A DNA stretch of 64,000 nucleotides. Origin: Nitrosopumilus sp. Its GTDB lineage: Archaea; Thermoproteota; Nitrososphaeria; Nitrososphaerales; Nitrosopumilaceae. Location of the stretch: the NCBI GenBank assembly GCA_963662625.1, contig OY759726.1, positions 928,001-992,000 of the forward strand. Reading direction: 5' to 3'. Below the pieces are notes generated by a model that saw only the letters and a program-made list of their open reading frames with translations, did not search any database and was not told the DNA's origin. Shown here one piece after another: positions 17,611 through 27,079 of the stretch. Position 1 is the first letter of the stretch, and each line of letters opens with the position of its first letter. A program made the position numbers and the translations under genes.

Positions 17611-19704
17611 GTGGAACTAAAGGGGAGTGTGGAAGAACCCAAGAGGAGCGGGATACTGCAGTCCACGTCAAAGCGCGTGAAGATGATCTTTTCCGTCATG
17701 GCAAGCCCCAACAGGATCGACATCCTCCGAATCCTGAATTCAAAGGGGCCGCTGACGTACTCCGAACTGAAATCACTCGCGGGGTTCAAGTCCAAAAAGG
17801 AGAGCGGGAAGTTTGCCTACCACCTGAGAAAGCTGCTGAGGCAGTCCCTCGTGGGGCTAAACAAGTCCGAGAGGCGCTACACCATAACAAACCTCGGGAA
17901 GCTCGTCCTGAGCCTGGCAAAGCAGATCGAGGACCGCTCGATCATCGAGAGCGGAAACATGTACGTCAGGACCTCGCACGAGTCCATCGACGAGTTCAGC
18001 CAGCATAAAATCATCCAGTCACTGGTTCGCGAGGGCAACCTCCCGCTGGAATTGGCACAAAAAATCGCCGAGGAGGTCGGGAACAGGATCAACAAGTATC
18101 AAACCACCTACCTCACAGGCTCGCTAATCAGGGAAATGACTAATTCCGTCCTACTGGAACACGGGTACGAGGAATACCGCAACAAGCTTACGCGCCTGGG
18201 CCTGCCGGTATACGACGTCCAGAGCATGCTCGCAAACCCGGACGCCGTTGAAAACGGGGCCGAGGGGGTGCTGTTCAATACGGGCCAGAGGGTCTTCGCC
18301 GAGCACCTGCTGACCAACACCCTGCAAAAAGACGTCGCGGACTCCCACCTGTCAGGCGATCTTCACATCACAAACCCCGGAACCTGGTCGATGATACCGG
18401 ACACCCTCTTCGTAAATATAAGGGAACTCCTCTCGGACGGGATCTCGCTTGGCGGGAAGTACACCGACGTGTCGCGCGTCCCCCCCTCAAAGCGCCTCGG
18501 CGAGACTGCCTCGGCGCTTTCCATAGCCATTTCGCTGCTGTCAAAGGAGGCCTCGCACGAGGTCGTGCTGGACGACTTTACGCAGCTCTTTGCCAAGCAC
18601 TTCAAGTCAATCTCGGAGCTGGAGCAGGAACTGACCGACGCGTTCACGTCCGTGTCGGCGTCGTCAAAGTACGACAGGGCAAGCACCAGCGTGTCAATAA
18701 GGCTACAGCTAGGCACCGACGCCAAAATCGTCACCGCCACAATCAACGCGTACAAGAACTACGTCGGGATCACCCCGGTGCCCAGGATCGGCCTGGTGAT
18801 AGACCACGAGAAGGGCAAGATCTCGGACGTGTCACAGGCGCTTTCCGAAATAATCTCACTCGGCGGAAAGGTGATGTTTGCGAAGGGCCAGGTGTCGGGG
18901 AGCGGGATCATGAATGGCAAGGCAAGGAACTCCGGCCTGCTCTCGATCATGCTGCAGTCAACATCGATCAACCTGCCGAGGCTCGCGTTTGAGTCAAACA
19001 AGGACGAGACCTACTTCCGGGCAAGGCTTACGTTGCTGATGAAACCGGCGCTGTCATCCATGGTGCAAAGAAAGCGGGACATCTCCGACCTTACCCGGCG
19101 GGGGTTCAACCCGATCCTTGCCAAGAACACCCAGTACATGCAGAGGAGCTCCATATCCCTCGTGATCAACCTGGTCGGCCTGAAAGAGGCCGTCTTCAAC
19201 ATACTCGGGTACCAGAACAACAAGGAGGGCAGGGACGTCCTTCGCAAGGTCGTCGAGACCGCAGTCGACGTGGCGGCCAAGAAAGGCAAGGAATTCGGCG
19301 ACCCGGTGACCATTTCCATGGTAGAAACCGAGAGTTCTGCCCGGTTTGCGAGCCTGGACGGGGAAAAATACGGCAAGAATTCGGCCCTGAACGCCATGGA
19401 TGGCGACTCTTACTCCCAAGGCGTGGTGTTTGACGCGGCGGAGATCGTCAATTATGCTGCTAAAGACGAACCTATCTCGGAGTGCAACAAGCTCTCAAAG
19501 ATCCTCAACGGGGGCCTGCTGGTGGCGCTCAACATCGACAGGGACGCGGCGGCAGGCGAAATCAAAAAATCCATCGAGGCGGCGGCGGAACTGGTGCCGT
19601 CCTTCAAGCCAGTAAAAAACGCGTCTATCTGCGGCGAGTGCGGGTTCAAGGAAGCCTCGTTTGCAGACAAGTGCCCCAGGTGCAAGTCCTCGCACGTCAT
19701 CTGA
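17611..19704 (+). CDS. ArsR-like wHTH + ATP-cone + degenerate class III RNR (NrdD-like) fusion; probably non-catalytic
   Basis: wHTH (SPNRIDILRIL...FAYHLRKL), ATP-cone, NrdD motifs RLGLPVYDV, HLSGDLHI, SINLPRLA, terminal CxxC..CxxC; no RxxGY glycyl-radical loop. Confidence 0.85.
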   Translation: MELKGSVEEPKRSGILQSTSKRVKMIFSVMASPNRIDILRILNSKGPLTYSELKSLAGFKSKKESGKFAYHLRKLLRQSLVGLNKSERRYTITNLGKLVLSLAKQIEDRSIIESGNMYVRTSHESIDEFSQHKIIQSLVREGNLPLELAQKIAEEVGNRINKYQTTYLTGSLIREMTNSVLLEHGYEEYRNKLTRLGLPVYDVQSMLANPDAVENGAEGVLFNTGQRVFAEHLLTNTLQKDVADSHLSGDLHITNPGTWSMIPDTLFVNIRELLSDGISLGGKYTDVSRVPPSKRLGETASALSIAISLLSKEASHEVVLDDFTQLFAKHFKSISELEQELTDAFTSVSASSKYDRASTSVSIRLQLGTDAKIVTATINAYKNYVGITPVPRIGLVIDHEKGKISDVSQALSEIISLGGKVMFAKGQVSGSGIMNGKARNSGLLSIMLQSTSINLPRLAFESNKDETYFRARLTLLMKPALSSMVQRKRDISDLTRRGFNPILAKNTQYMQRSSISLVINLVGLKEAVFNILGYQNNKEGRDVLRKVVETAVDVAAKKGKEFGDPVTISMVETESSARFASLDGEKYGKNSALNAMDGDSYSQGVVFDAAEIVNYAAKDEPISECNKLSKILNGGLLVALNIDRDAAAGEIKKSIEAAAELVPSFKPVKNASICGECGFKEASFADKCPRCKSSHVI

Positions 19705-19828
19705 GTCCGGCCGGCGCAGGCAGCCCCCGGCCGTCCCGTGAGGGCCCTGCACGCGATCACCTGTTACCGTACAAGTCGTGCCAGCATGAAATCCATAGTA
19801 CTGCCCTATCGATCTTTTTTTACAACAA

Positions 19829-19848
19829 AGTTAATATCTGTATTAACT
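19829..19848. promoter_or_regulatory. Palindromic operator candidate overlapping the nrdJ TATA region
   Basis: AGTTAATA-TCTG-TATTAACT, perfect 8-bp inverted repeat ending 26 bp before the nrdJ start. Confidence 0.6.
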
Positions 19849-19873
19849 CATCTTCTCTGCTAGGAGATTATAA

Positions 19874-22525
19874 TTGGATAATTCGCAAGTAGAAAACACC
19901 ATCAACGAGATCCGAAAGAGGAACGGGAACGTCGCCGATTTCAACCAGGACAAGATCTCAAACGCCATATTCAAGGCACTGGCAGCCACCTCTAAAGCCG
20001 ACCGTGGGCTGGCCGATCAACTCGCCGAAAAAGTAGTTGACAGACTAGTGGAGCAGGGCTTCACGCGCAGCAGGGCGCCCAGCGTGGAACACATCCAGGA
20101 CATCGTCGAGTACACGCTGATCGACAGCGGCAACAGCGACATCGCAAAGGCGTACATCGTCTACCGCCACGAACGGCGCAAGCTCAGGGACGAAAAGATG
20201 AAGGTCCTAAACGCAAAGACCCTGGACGAGACCTCCAAGAAGTTCGATCTCAACTGCCTGAGGGTCCTGGCGTCTAGGTACCTCATGAGAAACGGCAAAA
20301 ACGAGATCGTCGAGACCCCCACCCAGATGTTTGAGAGGGTGGCGATCCTGGTGGGGATAGGCGACATGCTGTATGACTCCCAGGTATTTAACCGGTTGGG
20401 AAACACGCCGCAGGACGTAACGGAGGCCCGGACATACCTCGAGAAACTGGACAATTTCGACTACAAGTTCAAGATCGGGGGGTACTTCCTCAACAAGTGG
20501 CACTTTAGGAGCCTTATAAACCACTATGCCACCCTCGCGTCCCAGGGGCAGATGAGGGTAAGCTTCAAGCAGGTGCTGGTGATGCTTGCGGCCAAGAAAT
20601 TCGACAGCTATGCAGACAAGATAGCGGAATACTTTGACCTGATGACCTCCCAGGACTTCCTGCCAAACTCACCCACGATGATGAACGCCGGCGGAAGGCT
20701 CGGGCAGCTGTCCGCGTGCTTCGTCCTCGGGATGCCCGACGACATGGAGCAAATCATGAAGTCCACCACTGACGCCGCGCTTATATTCAAGTCGGGGGGA
20801 GGCGTCGGGATAAACTACTCGGACCTCCGCCAGGAGGGGGACATAGTGGCGTCCACCTCCGGGGTGGCGTCCGGCCCGGTCTCCTTCATGAACATCATAA
20901 ACACCGTCACCGAGGTGGTCAAGCAGGGCGGGAAGAGGCGCGGCGCCAACATGGGAATCATCGAGGTGTGGCACCCCGACGTCGAAAAGTTCATCACGAA
21001 CAAGACGGAGCCGGGAATACTCGAAAACTTCAACGTGAGCGTCGGCATCTGGGAGGACTTTTGGGACGCGCTTGTCAACACGGCCGACGGCAAGTACATG
21101 CTGCGCAGCCCGAACGACAGGAAGCCGGTCAAGGAGATCAACGCGCACCACCTGATCGACCTGATAGCGCTGTCCGCGTGGAAGAGCGCGGAGCCGGGAC
21201 TGATCTTCTTTGATCAGATTAACAAGTACAACGTGTTTGCAAAGGCAAGGCACGCCCCGCTGAGGGCGACGAACCCGTGCGGGGAGCAGAGCCTGTACCC
21301 GTACGAGTCGTGCAACCTCGGCTCGATCAACCTGGCAAACCTCGTCAAGAGGAAGGCCGACGGGGAGTACGAGTTTGACTGGCAGAGGTACGAGGAGACG
21401 ATCCGGAAGACGACCAGGTTCCTCGACAACGTCATCGACGTAAACCACTACCCAGTACACCAGATCAACGTGGCGTCAAAGGACTCCAGGAGGATCGGAC
21501 TGGGGGTGATGGGGGTGGCCGACCTGCTTTACAAGCTCCGGATCCCGTACAACTCCAAGGAGGGCTACGACCTGCAGTCCAAGCTGTCCGAGGCGCTCAC
21601 CTACTACTCCATGGAGGAAAGCGTGGCCCTTGCAAAGTCAAGGGGGGAGTTCCCGCTGTGCCCTGACACGGAATACCCGGAGGGAAAGATCCCGGTGGCC
21701 GGCTACTACGAGAAGCCAAAGGAGATGCATTCCTACGAGTGGGACGCGCTAATAGAAAAGATCAGGAAGCACGGGATACGCAACGTGCTGACCACGACCG
21801 TCGCGCCCACCGGCACGCTCTCGATGATCGCCGACTGCTCCAACGGGATGGAGCCCGCGTTCGCGCTCGTCTTTGAAAAGCGGGTGAACGTGGGCCGGTT
21901 CTTTTACACCAACAAGATCATCGAGGAGGTCCTCAAGGAGAACGGCCTCTACAACGACGAGATCCTCGCAAAGATCGCCGACAACTACGGCTCCCTGAGG
22001 GGGATCCCGGAAATCCCGGAATGGATGCAAAGGGTCTTCGTGACCGCGATGGACATCCACTGGTCTGACCACCTGATGGCCCAGGCGGTGTGGCAGGACT
22101 GGATCGGCAACGCGATCGCCAAGACGATCAACATGCCGTATGACGTGGCGACCGAGGACGTAAAGTCGGCGTACCTGCTCGCGCACGAGCTGGGCCTGAA
22201 GGGGATAACCGTGTACCGCGACGGCTCGCGGCAGACGCAGGTGCTCCACATGACCAGCGACAACGCAGAAAAGACGTTTGACGTGTTCCCCAGCCCCTAC
22301 CTCACGAGCTACGTGGCCACCGCGATACAGAACCCGTACATAAAGTCCCAGGTCACCAGCGCGCTGGAGCTCAAGCCACGCGACGAGGCGATCGCGCCAG
22401 AGCCGCCGAGGCACGACGCGGTGGCGGAGGACCGGCTGTGCCCCACCTGCAAAAACAACCTCATCTTCGTGGAGGGGTGCAGCATCTGCATCGAATGCGG
22501 CTACAGCGGGTGCGCGTCCGGGTAG
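19874..22525 (+). CDS. nrdJ: Adenosylcobalamin-dependent (class II) ribonucleotide reductase with N-terminal ATP-cone
   Basis: ATP-cone IRKRNG; PNSPTMMNAG, LSACFV, TNPCGEQ, CNLGSINL, APTGT, TVYRDGSR; C-terminal CPTC...CSICIECGYSGC. Confidence 0.95.
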   Translation: MDNSQVENTINEIRKRNGNVADFNQDKISNAIFKALAATSKADRGLADQLAEKVVDRLVEQGFTRSRAPSVEHIQDIVEYTLIDSGNSDIAKAYIVYRHERRKLRDEKMKVLNAKTLDETSKKFDLNCLRVLASRYLMRNGKNEIVETPTQMFERVAILVGIGDMLYDSQVFNRLGNTPQDVTEARTYLEKLDNFDYKFKIGGYFLNKWHFRSLINHYATLASQGQMRVSFKQVLVMLAAKKFDSYADKIAEYFDLMTSQDFLPNSPTMMNAGGRLGQLSACFVLGMPDDMEQIMKSTTDAALIFKSGGGVGINYSDLRQEGDIVASTSGVASGPVSFMNIINTVTEVVKQGGKRRGANMGIIEVWHPDVEKFITNKTEPGILENFNVSVGIWEDFWDALVNTADGKYMLRSPNDRKPVKEINAHHLIDLIALSAWKSAEPGLIFFDQINKYNVFAKARHAPLRATNPCGEQSLYPYESCNLGSINLANLVKRKADGEYEFDWQRYEETIRKTTRFLDNVIDVNHYPVHQINVASKDSRRIGLGVMGVADLLYKLRIPYNSKEGYDLQSKLSEALTYYSMEESVALAKSRGEFPLCPDTEYPEGKIPVAGYYEKPKEMHSYEWDALIEKIRKHGIRNVLTTTVAPTGTLSMIADCSNGMEPAFALVFEKRVNVGRFFYTNKIIEEVLKENGLYNDEILAKIADNYGSLRGIPEIPEWMQRVFVTAMDIHWSDHLMAQAVWQDWIGNAIAKTINMPYDVATEDVKSAYLLAHELGLKGITVYRDGSRQTQVLHMTSDNAEKTFDVFPSPYLTSYVATAIQNPYIKSQVTSALELKPRDEAIAPEPPRHDAVAEDRLCPTCKNNLIFVEGCSICIECGYSGCASG

Positions 22526-22532
22526 CCGGAAC

Positions 22533-22554
22533 TTTTTTACCTTCTTTTCCTTTT
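22533..22554 (+). terminator. T-rich terminator candidate after nrdJ
   Basis: ttttttaccttcttttcctttt just after the stop codon. Confidence 0.5.
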
Positions 22555-22562
22555 GAACCCGT

Positions 22563-23657
22563 GTGAACGGGAGAACCCTCCTCGTCGCGCTTGCCGGAAT
22601 CGCGGTCGTAGTCGGGAGCGCGCTGGCGCTGCTCCAGGAGCCCGCTACGCGGGAGCCTGCCGAGAAGATCGGCCTGGTGATAAACACCCCGGGCCAGTCC
22701 GCGTCGATGCAGGAGCTGGATCGGATATACTCGGCCGCCGCCGCCACCGGGATCGGGAGAAACAACGTCTACCTATTCTGGGACGCGCTGGAGCCTGCGA
22801 GGGGCCAGTTCGACTGGGAACAGCCGGACGTCCTGATGGGCCTTGGCAAGAGTAACGGCCTCAAGGCCACGCTCTACTTTTCCGTAATCAACGGCGAGAC
22901 GCTGGGCCCGTTCCCCGACTGGATCGGCAGGCCGTCGCTCAACGCAATCGACGGGACGCACCTCTTCAACGCGCTTGACGCGGTACTGTCACGGTACGAC
23001 ACAATCGACACCGTCATAATCGCCGGGGAGGCAGAGTCGCACTTCCGCTACTCCGAGCAGAGCATCCCCGTCTACAAGGAACTGTTCGCCGGCCTGTACG
23101 ACCGGCTGAAGGAGAGGCACCCCGACGTGAGGATCGGCAACGCGTTTGGCCTCCACCACGTCCTGAACAAGAACCTGGGCCACATAGTAACGGAGCTTGC
23201 AGTGGGGGACTTTGTCGGGTTTACGTACTTTCCAGTCGACTCCCTGAACGACATCGCAAGGACCCCCTCCGAGGCAAAGGATGATCTGGCGGCCTCGCTG
23301 GAGCTGGTGCCCGGCAAGAGGGCCGGGTTCCTCGAGGTGGGCTGGAGCACGTCGGACTTTGTAGGGGGGAGCGAGCCGGCACAGGCGGCGTTCGTCCAAA
23401 AGTCGATGGAGTTTTACTCGGAGAATGAGCCCGGAATTGAGTTCCTCACGTGGTACAGGCAGTATGACCGGCACGCGGGCACCTGCGCGGCAGGGCAGGT
23501 GCCGCAGGACAGCCCCGGCGGCGTGGGGCTTGCAGGCAGCGAGCATGTGATCGAGAGGCTGGGCCACTACGTGTGCAGCTCTGGGCTGATATCCTCCGAC
23601 GGCACGCCAAAGCCGGGATGGGGCGAGTTCCGTGCCCGGATCGGGGATGTAGGCTGA
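22563..23657 (+). CDS. Membrane-anchored glycoside-hydrolase-like TIM-barrel protein
   Basis: N-terminal TM; WDALEPARGQFDW GH-A-like motif; IIAGEAE and FLEVGW putative acid/base and nucleophile. Confidence 0.65.
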   Translation: MNGRTLLVALAGIAVVVGSALALLQEPATREPAEKIGLVINTPGQSASMQELDRIYSAAAATGIGRNNVYLFWDALEPARGQFDWEQPDVLMGLGKSNGLKATLYFSVINGETLGPFPDWIGRPSLNAIDGTHLFNALDAVLSRYDTIDTVIIAGEAESHFRYSEQSIPVYKELFAGLYDRLKERHPDVRIGNAFGLHHVLNKNLGHIVTELAVGDFVGFTYFPVDSLNDIARTPSEAKDDLAASLELVPGKRAGFLEVGWSTSDFVGGSEPAQAAFVQKSMEFYSENEPGIEFLTWYRQYDRHAGTCAAGQVPQDSPGGVGLAGSEHVIERLGHYVCSSGLISSDGTPKPGWGEFRARIGDVG

Positions 23658-23737
23658 ACCTGGGGCGGGGATCGACGCGCCGGCCGTGCTAATATGAAAA
23701 CCATTTTTATGTAGGAAACAAAGCCTGCTTTTTTAAT

Positions 23738-23814
23738 GCAGTCATCGTATAGCCTGGTGAGTATTCGGGGTTTCCAACCCTGCGACGCGGGTTCGAATCC
23801 CGCTGACTGCACCA
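23738..23814 (+). tRNA. tRNA-Gly(TCC), CCA encoded
   Basis: Acceptor GCAGTCA/TGACTGC, anticodon loop TTTCCAA, T-arm GCGGG-TTCGAAT-CCCGC, ends ACCA. Confidence 0.95.
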
Positions 23815-23861
23815 TCCAACCAAGCGCAAACTAATTTTTAGGCCCCTCCCGTACAGGCGTC

Positions 23862-24164
23862 GTGAAGCCGTCCGTTAGAAAGATAGCGCTGGAGAGGATG
23901 CAGATTCTGATCGACAGCGCGATAGCAAACGCCAGGGCCGACCCGCAGATCGCGCAGCGCCATGCCATGCTTGCCAGAAGGATCAGCACCAGGCACAAGG
24001 TCCGCATGCCGTACCACATGCGGATGGCGTTCTGCAAGGGGTGCAAATCGTTCATCGCCCCCGGGATCGGCTCCAGGATCCGGGTAGGCGGGGCCTCCGT
24101 AAAGTCGATCAGGATCTCCTGCAACCTGTGCGGGCACGTTTACCGGAAAATAATACCTACATGA
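23862..24164 (+). CDS. rnp4: Ribonuclease P protein component 4 (Rpp21)
   Basis: IALERMQIL, FCKGC...CNLCG zinc ribbon. Confidence 0.92.
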   Translation: MKPSVRKIALERMQILIDSAIANARADPQIAQRHAMLARRISTRHKVRMPYHMRMAFCKGCKSFIAPGIGSRIRVGGASVKSIRISCNLCGHVYRKIIPT

Positions 24165-24195
24165 TTTATAAGGCGATTCCGGACTTTCCCACTTC

Positions 24196-24648
24196 ATGGC
24201 AAAGGTGTACGACGTGCCGTCAGACCTGTTGATAAGCAGGCTGGCCGAGAGCCTAAAAAACGAGGACATCCCGGCCCCGCCGTGGATCCCGTTCGTAAAG
24301 ACCGGCGCGCACGCCGACAAGCCGCCGCAGGACCGGGACTGGTGGCATACCAGGTGCGCCTCCATACTGCGAAAAATATACCTGCACGGCCCGGTAGGGA
24401 TCAACGGCCTGAGGAAGATCTACGGCGGCGGCAGGCCCTCCGGGTACGGCGCCGCGCACCACAGGAGCGCCGGCGGCGCGATCATCCGCAACGCAATCCA
24501 GGGGCTGGAGAAGCTCGGCTACGTCGAAAAGGCGGAGCGGAAGGGCCGGGCCATCTCGCGGCAGGGCATGCAGAAACTTGACAGGCTTTCCACCGAAATC
24601 CTAAACGAGATGATCTCAGCCACCCCGCAGCTCAAAATCTACTCCTGA
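24196..24648 (+). CDS. rps19e: 30S ribosomal protein S19e
   Basis: VKTGAH...WWHTRCASILRKIY...YGG motif. Confidence 0.97.
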   Translation: MAKVYDVPSDLLISRLAESLKNEDIPAPPWIPFVKTGAHADKPPQDRDWWHTRCASILRKIYLHGPVGINGLRKIYGGGRPSGYGAAHHRSAGGAIIRNAIQGLEKLGYVEKAERKGRAISRQGMQKLDRLSTEILNEMISATPQLKIYS

Positions 24649-24654
24649 TTCAAA

Positions 24655-24936
24655 ATGAGTTTTCCTGATTCCTCCGAATCGCAGGGCAGCCCGAACGACA
24701 AGGATCTCGCGGCGCAAAAAGAGCAGGTCCTGAAGCAGATCCTCAGTTCCGAGGCCAGGCTGCGGCTCAACAACATCAAGATGGTAAAGCCGGAACTGGC
24801 AGACCTTGTGGAGCAGTACCTCATCGGGATGGCGACCCAGGGGAAGCTCCCGGGCAAGCTGTCCGACGACCAGCTAAAGCAGGTACTGCTGTCCCTCCAG
24901 CAGCCCAGGCGGGACTTTAAGATAAGCCGCCGCTGA
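24655..24936 (+). CDS. PDCD5-family DNA-binding protein
   Basis: LKQILSSEARLRLNNIKMVKPELA..VE..LI; conserved position after S19e. Confidence 0.92.
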   Translation: MSFPDSSESQGSPNDKDLAAQKEQVLKQILSSEARLRLNNIKMVKPELADLVEQYLIGMATQGKLPGKLSDDQLKQVLLSLQQPRRDFKISRR

Positions 24937-25086
24937 GGCGCCCGCTGGTGCCCTGGACGGGGGCCAACGCACGCCTGCCCGCCCTCTGGCGCAGAGGCTG
25001 CAGGCGCCGCCCGCCGCGCGCCCCACAGCTGGCCTGGGAGGATCCGCCTGATAAAATATAATTATGGGAAAAACGCCGGACTAGAC

Positions 25087-26166
25087 ATGAAAGCTGTAAT
25101 CTACGACGAGTACGCTCCAGATGACAATTACGCCAGAATCCTCAAAGTCCGGGATATGGATGATCCGAAACCCAAGGCGGACGAGGTGGTCTTCACGGTA
25201 AAGGCCGCCGCCCTCAACTACAACGATATTTGGGGGATGAGGGGGGAGCCAGTGGCAGTCCCCCTGCCGCACGTGTCCGGATCGGACGCCGCCGGCGACG
25301 TGGTCGCGGTTGGGGAGGACGTGAAAAACATCAAGGTCGGCGACAGGGTCGTCTCACACTCCAACATGTCGTGCAGGGTATGCATGGCGTGCACCGCCGG
25401 GCGCGAGTTTGACTGCGTCAAGAGGACCATCTGGGGCTTCCAGACTGGCCCCGCGTGGGGCGCATACCAGGAGGTAACACACCTGCCGGAAGTCAACGTG
25501 TCCAAGATCCCGGAGGGGGTGTCCTATGACGAGGCCGCGGCCGCGTCGATGACAATACTCACTTCTTGGCACATGCTGGTAGGCAGGGCGAGAATCACGC
25601 CCGGGCAGACGGTGCTGATCATGGGAGGCGGCTCGGGCGTCGGCAGCTTCGGCATCCAGATCGCCAAGCTGTACAACTGCGACGTGATCGCGACCGCCAG
25701 CCCGGACAAGCTGGACAAGTGCCTGGAACTCGGGGCAGACTATGCCGTGGATCACAGAAAGGACGACTGGCACAAGGAGGTAAGGACGATCTCAAAGGAG
25801 ATCGCTAAAAGAAAGGGCGAGGCGCCCGGGATAGACATCTCGTTTGACCACATAGGCCAGACCCACTGGAACAAGCAACTCACGCTGCTCAAGTACGGCG
25901 CCACCCTTGTCTCTTGCGGCGCGACCACCGGCTATGACGCAAAGACCGACCTGAGGCACATCTTCTTCAAGGGGACCAACATCCTCGGCTCGACGCAGGG
26001 AACCAAGGCCGAGCTTGACCAGGCGCTGTACTGGATGGGCCAGGGGAAGATAAAGTCCGCAATAGACTCCGTGTACTCGTTTGAGCAGGCGGCAGAGGCC
26101 CATACCAAGATGCTGACCGGCAAGGGCCTCTTTGGCAAAATCTTAATGAAGCCAGAGGGCGCATAG
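25087..26166 (+). CDS. Zinc-binding medium-chain dehydrogenase/reductase
   Basis: GSDAAG, structural Zn CRVCMAC...C, GGGSGVG nucleotide-binding motif. Confidence 0.88.
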   Translation: MKAVIYDEYAPDDNYARILKVRDMDDPKPKADEVVFTVKAAALNYNDIWGMRGEPVAVPLPHVSGSDAAGDVVAVGEDVKNIKVGDRVVSHSNMSCRVCMACTAGREFDCVKRTIWGFQTGPAWGAYQEVTHLPEVNVSKIPEGVSYDEAAAASMTILTSWHMLVGRARITPGQTVLIMGGGSGVGSFGIQIAKLYNCDVIATASPDKLDKCLELGADYAVDHRKDDWHKEVRTISKEIAKRKGEAPGIDISFDHIGQTHWNKQLTLLKYGATLVSCGATTGYDAKTDLRHIFFKGTNILGSTQGTKAELDQALYWMGQGKIKSAIDSVYSFEQAAEAHTKMLTGKGLFGKILMKPEGA

Positions 26167-26173
26167 TCACTGC

Positions 26174-27031
26174 ATGGCGCAACCCTTCCGGAGCCTCATT
26201 TTCGTCCCCGGGAACAACCCCCGCTTCATAGAGAGGGCAAAGCGGATCGTGGCAGACGTCGTCTGCTTCGACCTGGAGGACTCGGTGCCGGACGGGGAAA
26301 AGCCCGCGGCTAGGAAGCTGGTAAAGGAGGCCCTAAAGTCGCGTTCCTCCTACGCCTCGCCGGTATACGTCAGGACAAACTCCGCGGCGTCCGGCAAGAT
26401 CCCAGACGACCTCGGCCAGGTGGTGCAGGAGGGAATCGACGGCATAGTGGTCCCCAAGGTGGGGGGCGCCGAGGAACTCAAGAAGGTGATAGGCGACCTT
26501 TCCGCCCTGGAGCAGATGCGCGGGATGGGGCCGGTCTCGGTAATCCCGTCGATAGAGTCCGCCGCCGGCGTGGTCAACGCGTACCGGATAGCCTCCTCGA
26601 GCGAGCGGGTCGTCGCGGTCGTCTTCGGGGTATTTGACCTGCTCAACGACATGGGGATCGAGTATTCCAAGAACCCCGAGGGCGGGAGGTACCCCCGGGC
26701 GAAGATACCCGTAGACGCGGCCGCCGCAGGGGTCGCGTCGATCGACGCCATATGGCAGGACCTGAAGGACTCCAAGGGGCTGGAAGAGGACTGCGAGATT
26801 GGAAAGGGGCTGGGCTATTCGGGAAAGAGCATAATACACCCCGACCAGATACCCGCCGCGCACAGGATCTTCCGCCCCACCAAGACGGAGATCCTGTGGG
26901 CAGAAAAGGTCTGCGGGCGGTACCTCGAGTCCGTCCGGGCCGGCAAGGGCGCTACCACGGTGGACGGGAAGATGATCGACGAGGTCCACTACAAGCAGGC
27001 GAGGGCGCTGCTCGACGCCGCCAAACCCTGA
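26174..27031 (+). CDS. CitE/HpcH-family CoA-ester lyase
   Basis: RSLIFVPGN, DLEDSV, PKV, IESA, GKSIIHPDQI. Confidence 0.9.
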   Translation: MAQPFRSLIFVPGNNPRFIERAKRIVADVVCFDLEDSVPDGEKPAARKLVKEALKSRSSYASPVYVRTNSAASGKIPDDLGQVVQEGIDGIVVPKVGGAEELKKVIGDLSALEQMRGMGPVSVIPSIESAAGVVNAYRIASSSERVVAVVFGVFDLLNDMGIEYSKNPEGGRYPRAKIPVDAAAAGVASIDAIWQDLKDSKGLEEDCEIGKGLGYSGKSIIHPDQIPAAHRIFRPTKTEILWAEKVCGRYLESVRAGKGATTVDGKMIDEVHYKQARALLDAAKP

Positions 27032-27079
27032 CCCGACGTTCCCGCCTGAGCCCCGCGGAACCCTGCTGAAACAATATAG

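Noticed and set aside
17611-19704. Functional anaerobic ribonucleoside-triphosphate reductase (nrdD)
   Set aside because: No glycyl-radical motif, no catalytic Cys apparent, and no activase nearby
19874-22525. Intein in nrdJ (insertion near aa 165-250)
   Set aside because: No Cys/Ser start, His-Asn end or LAGLIDADG motifs; it looks like an ordinary lineage-specific insertion
23738-23830. tRNA-Gly as an integration site
   Set aside because: No integrase and no duplicated tRNA 3' end seen; flanked by housekeeping genes
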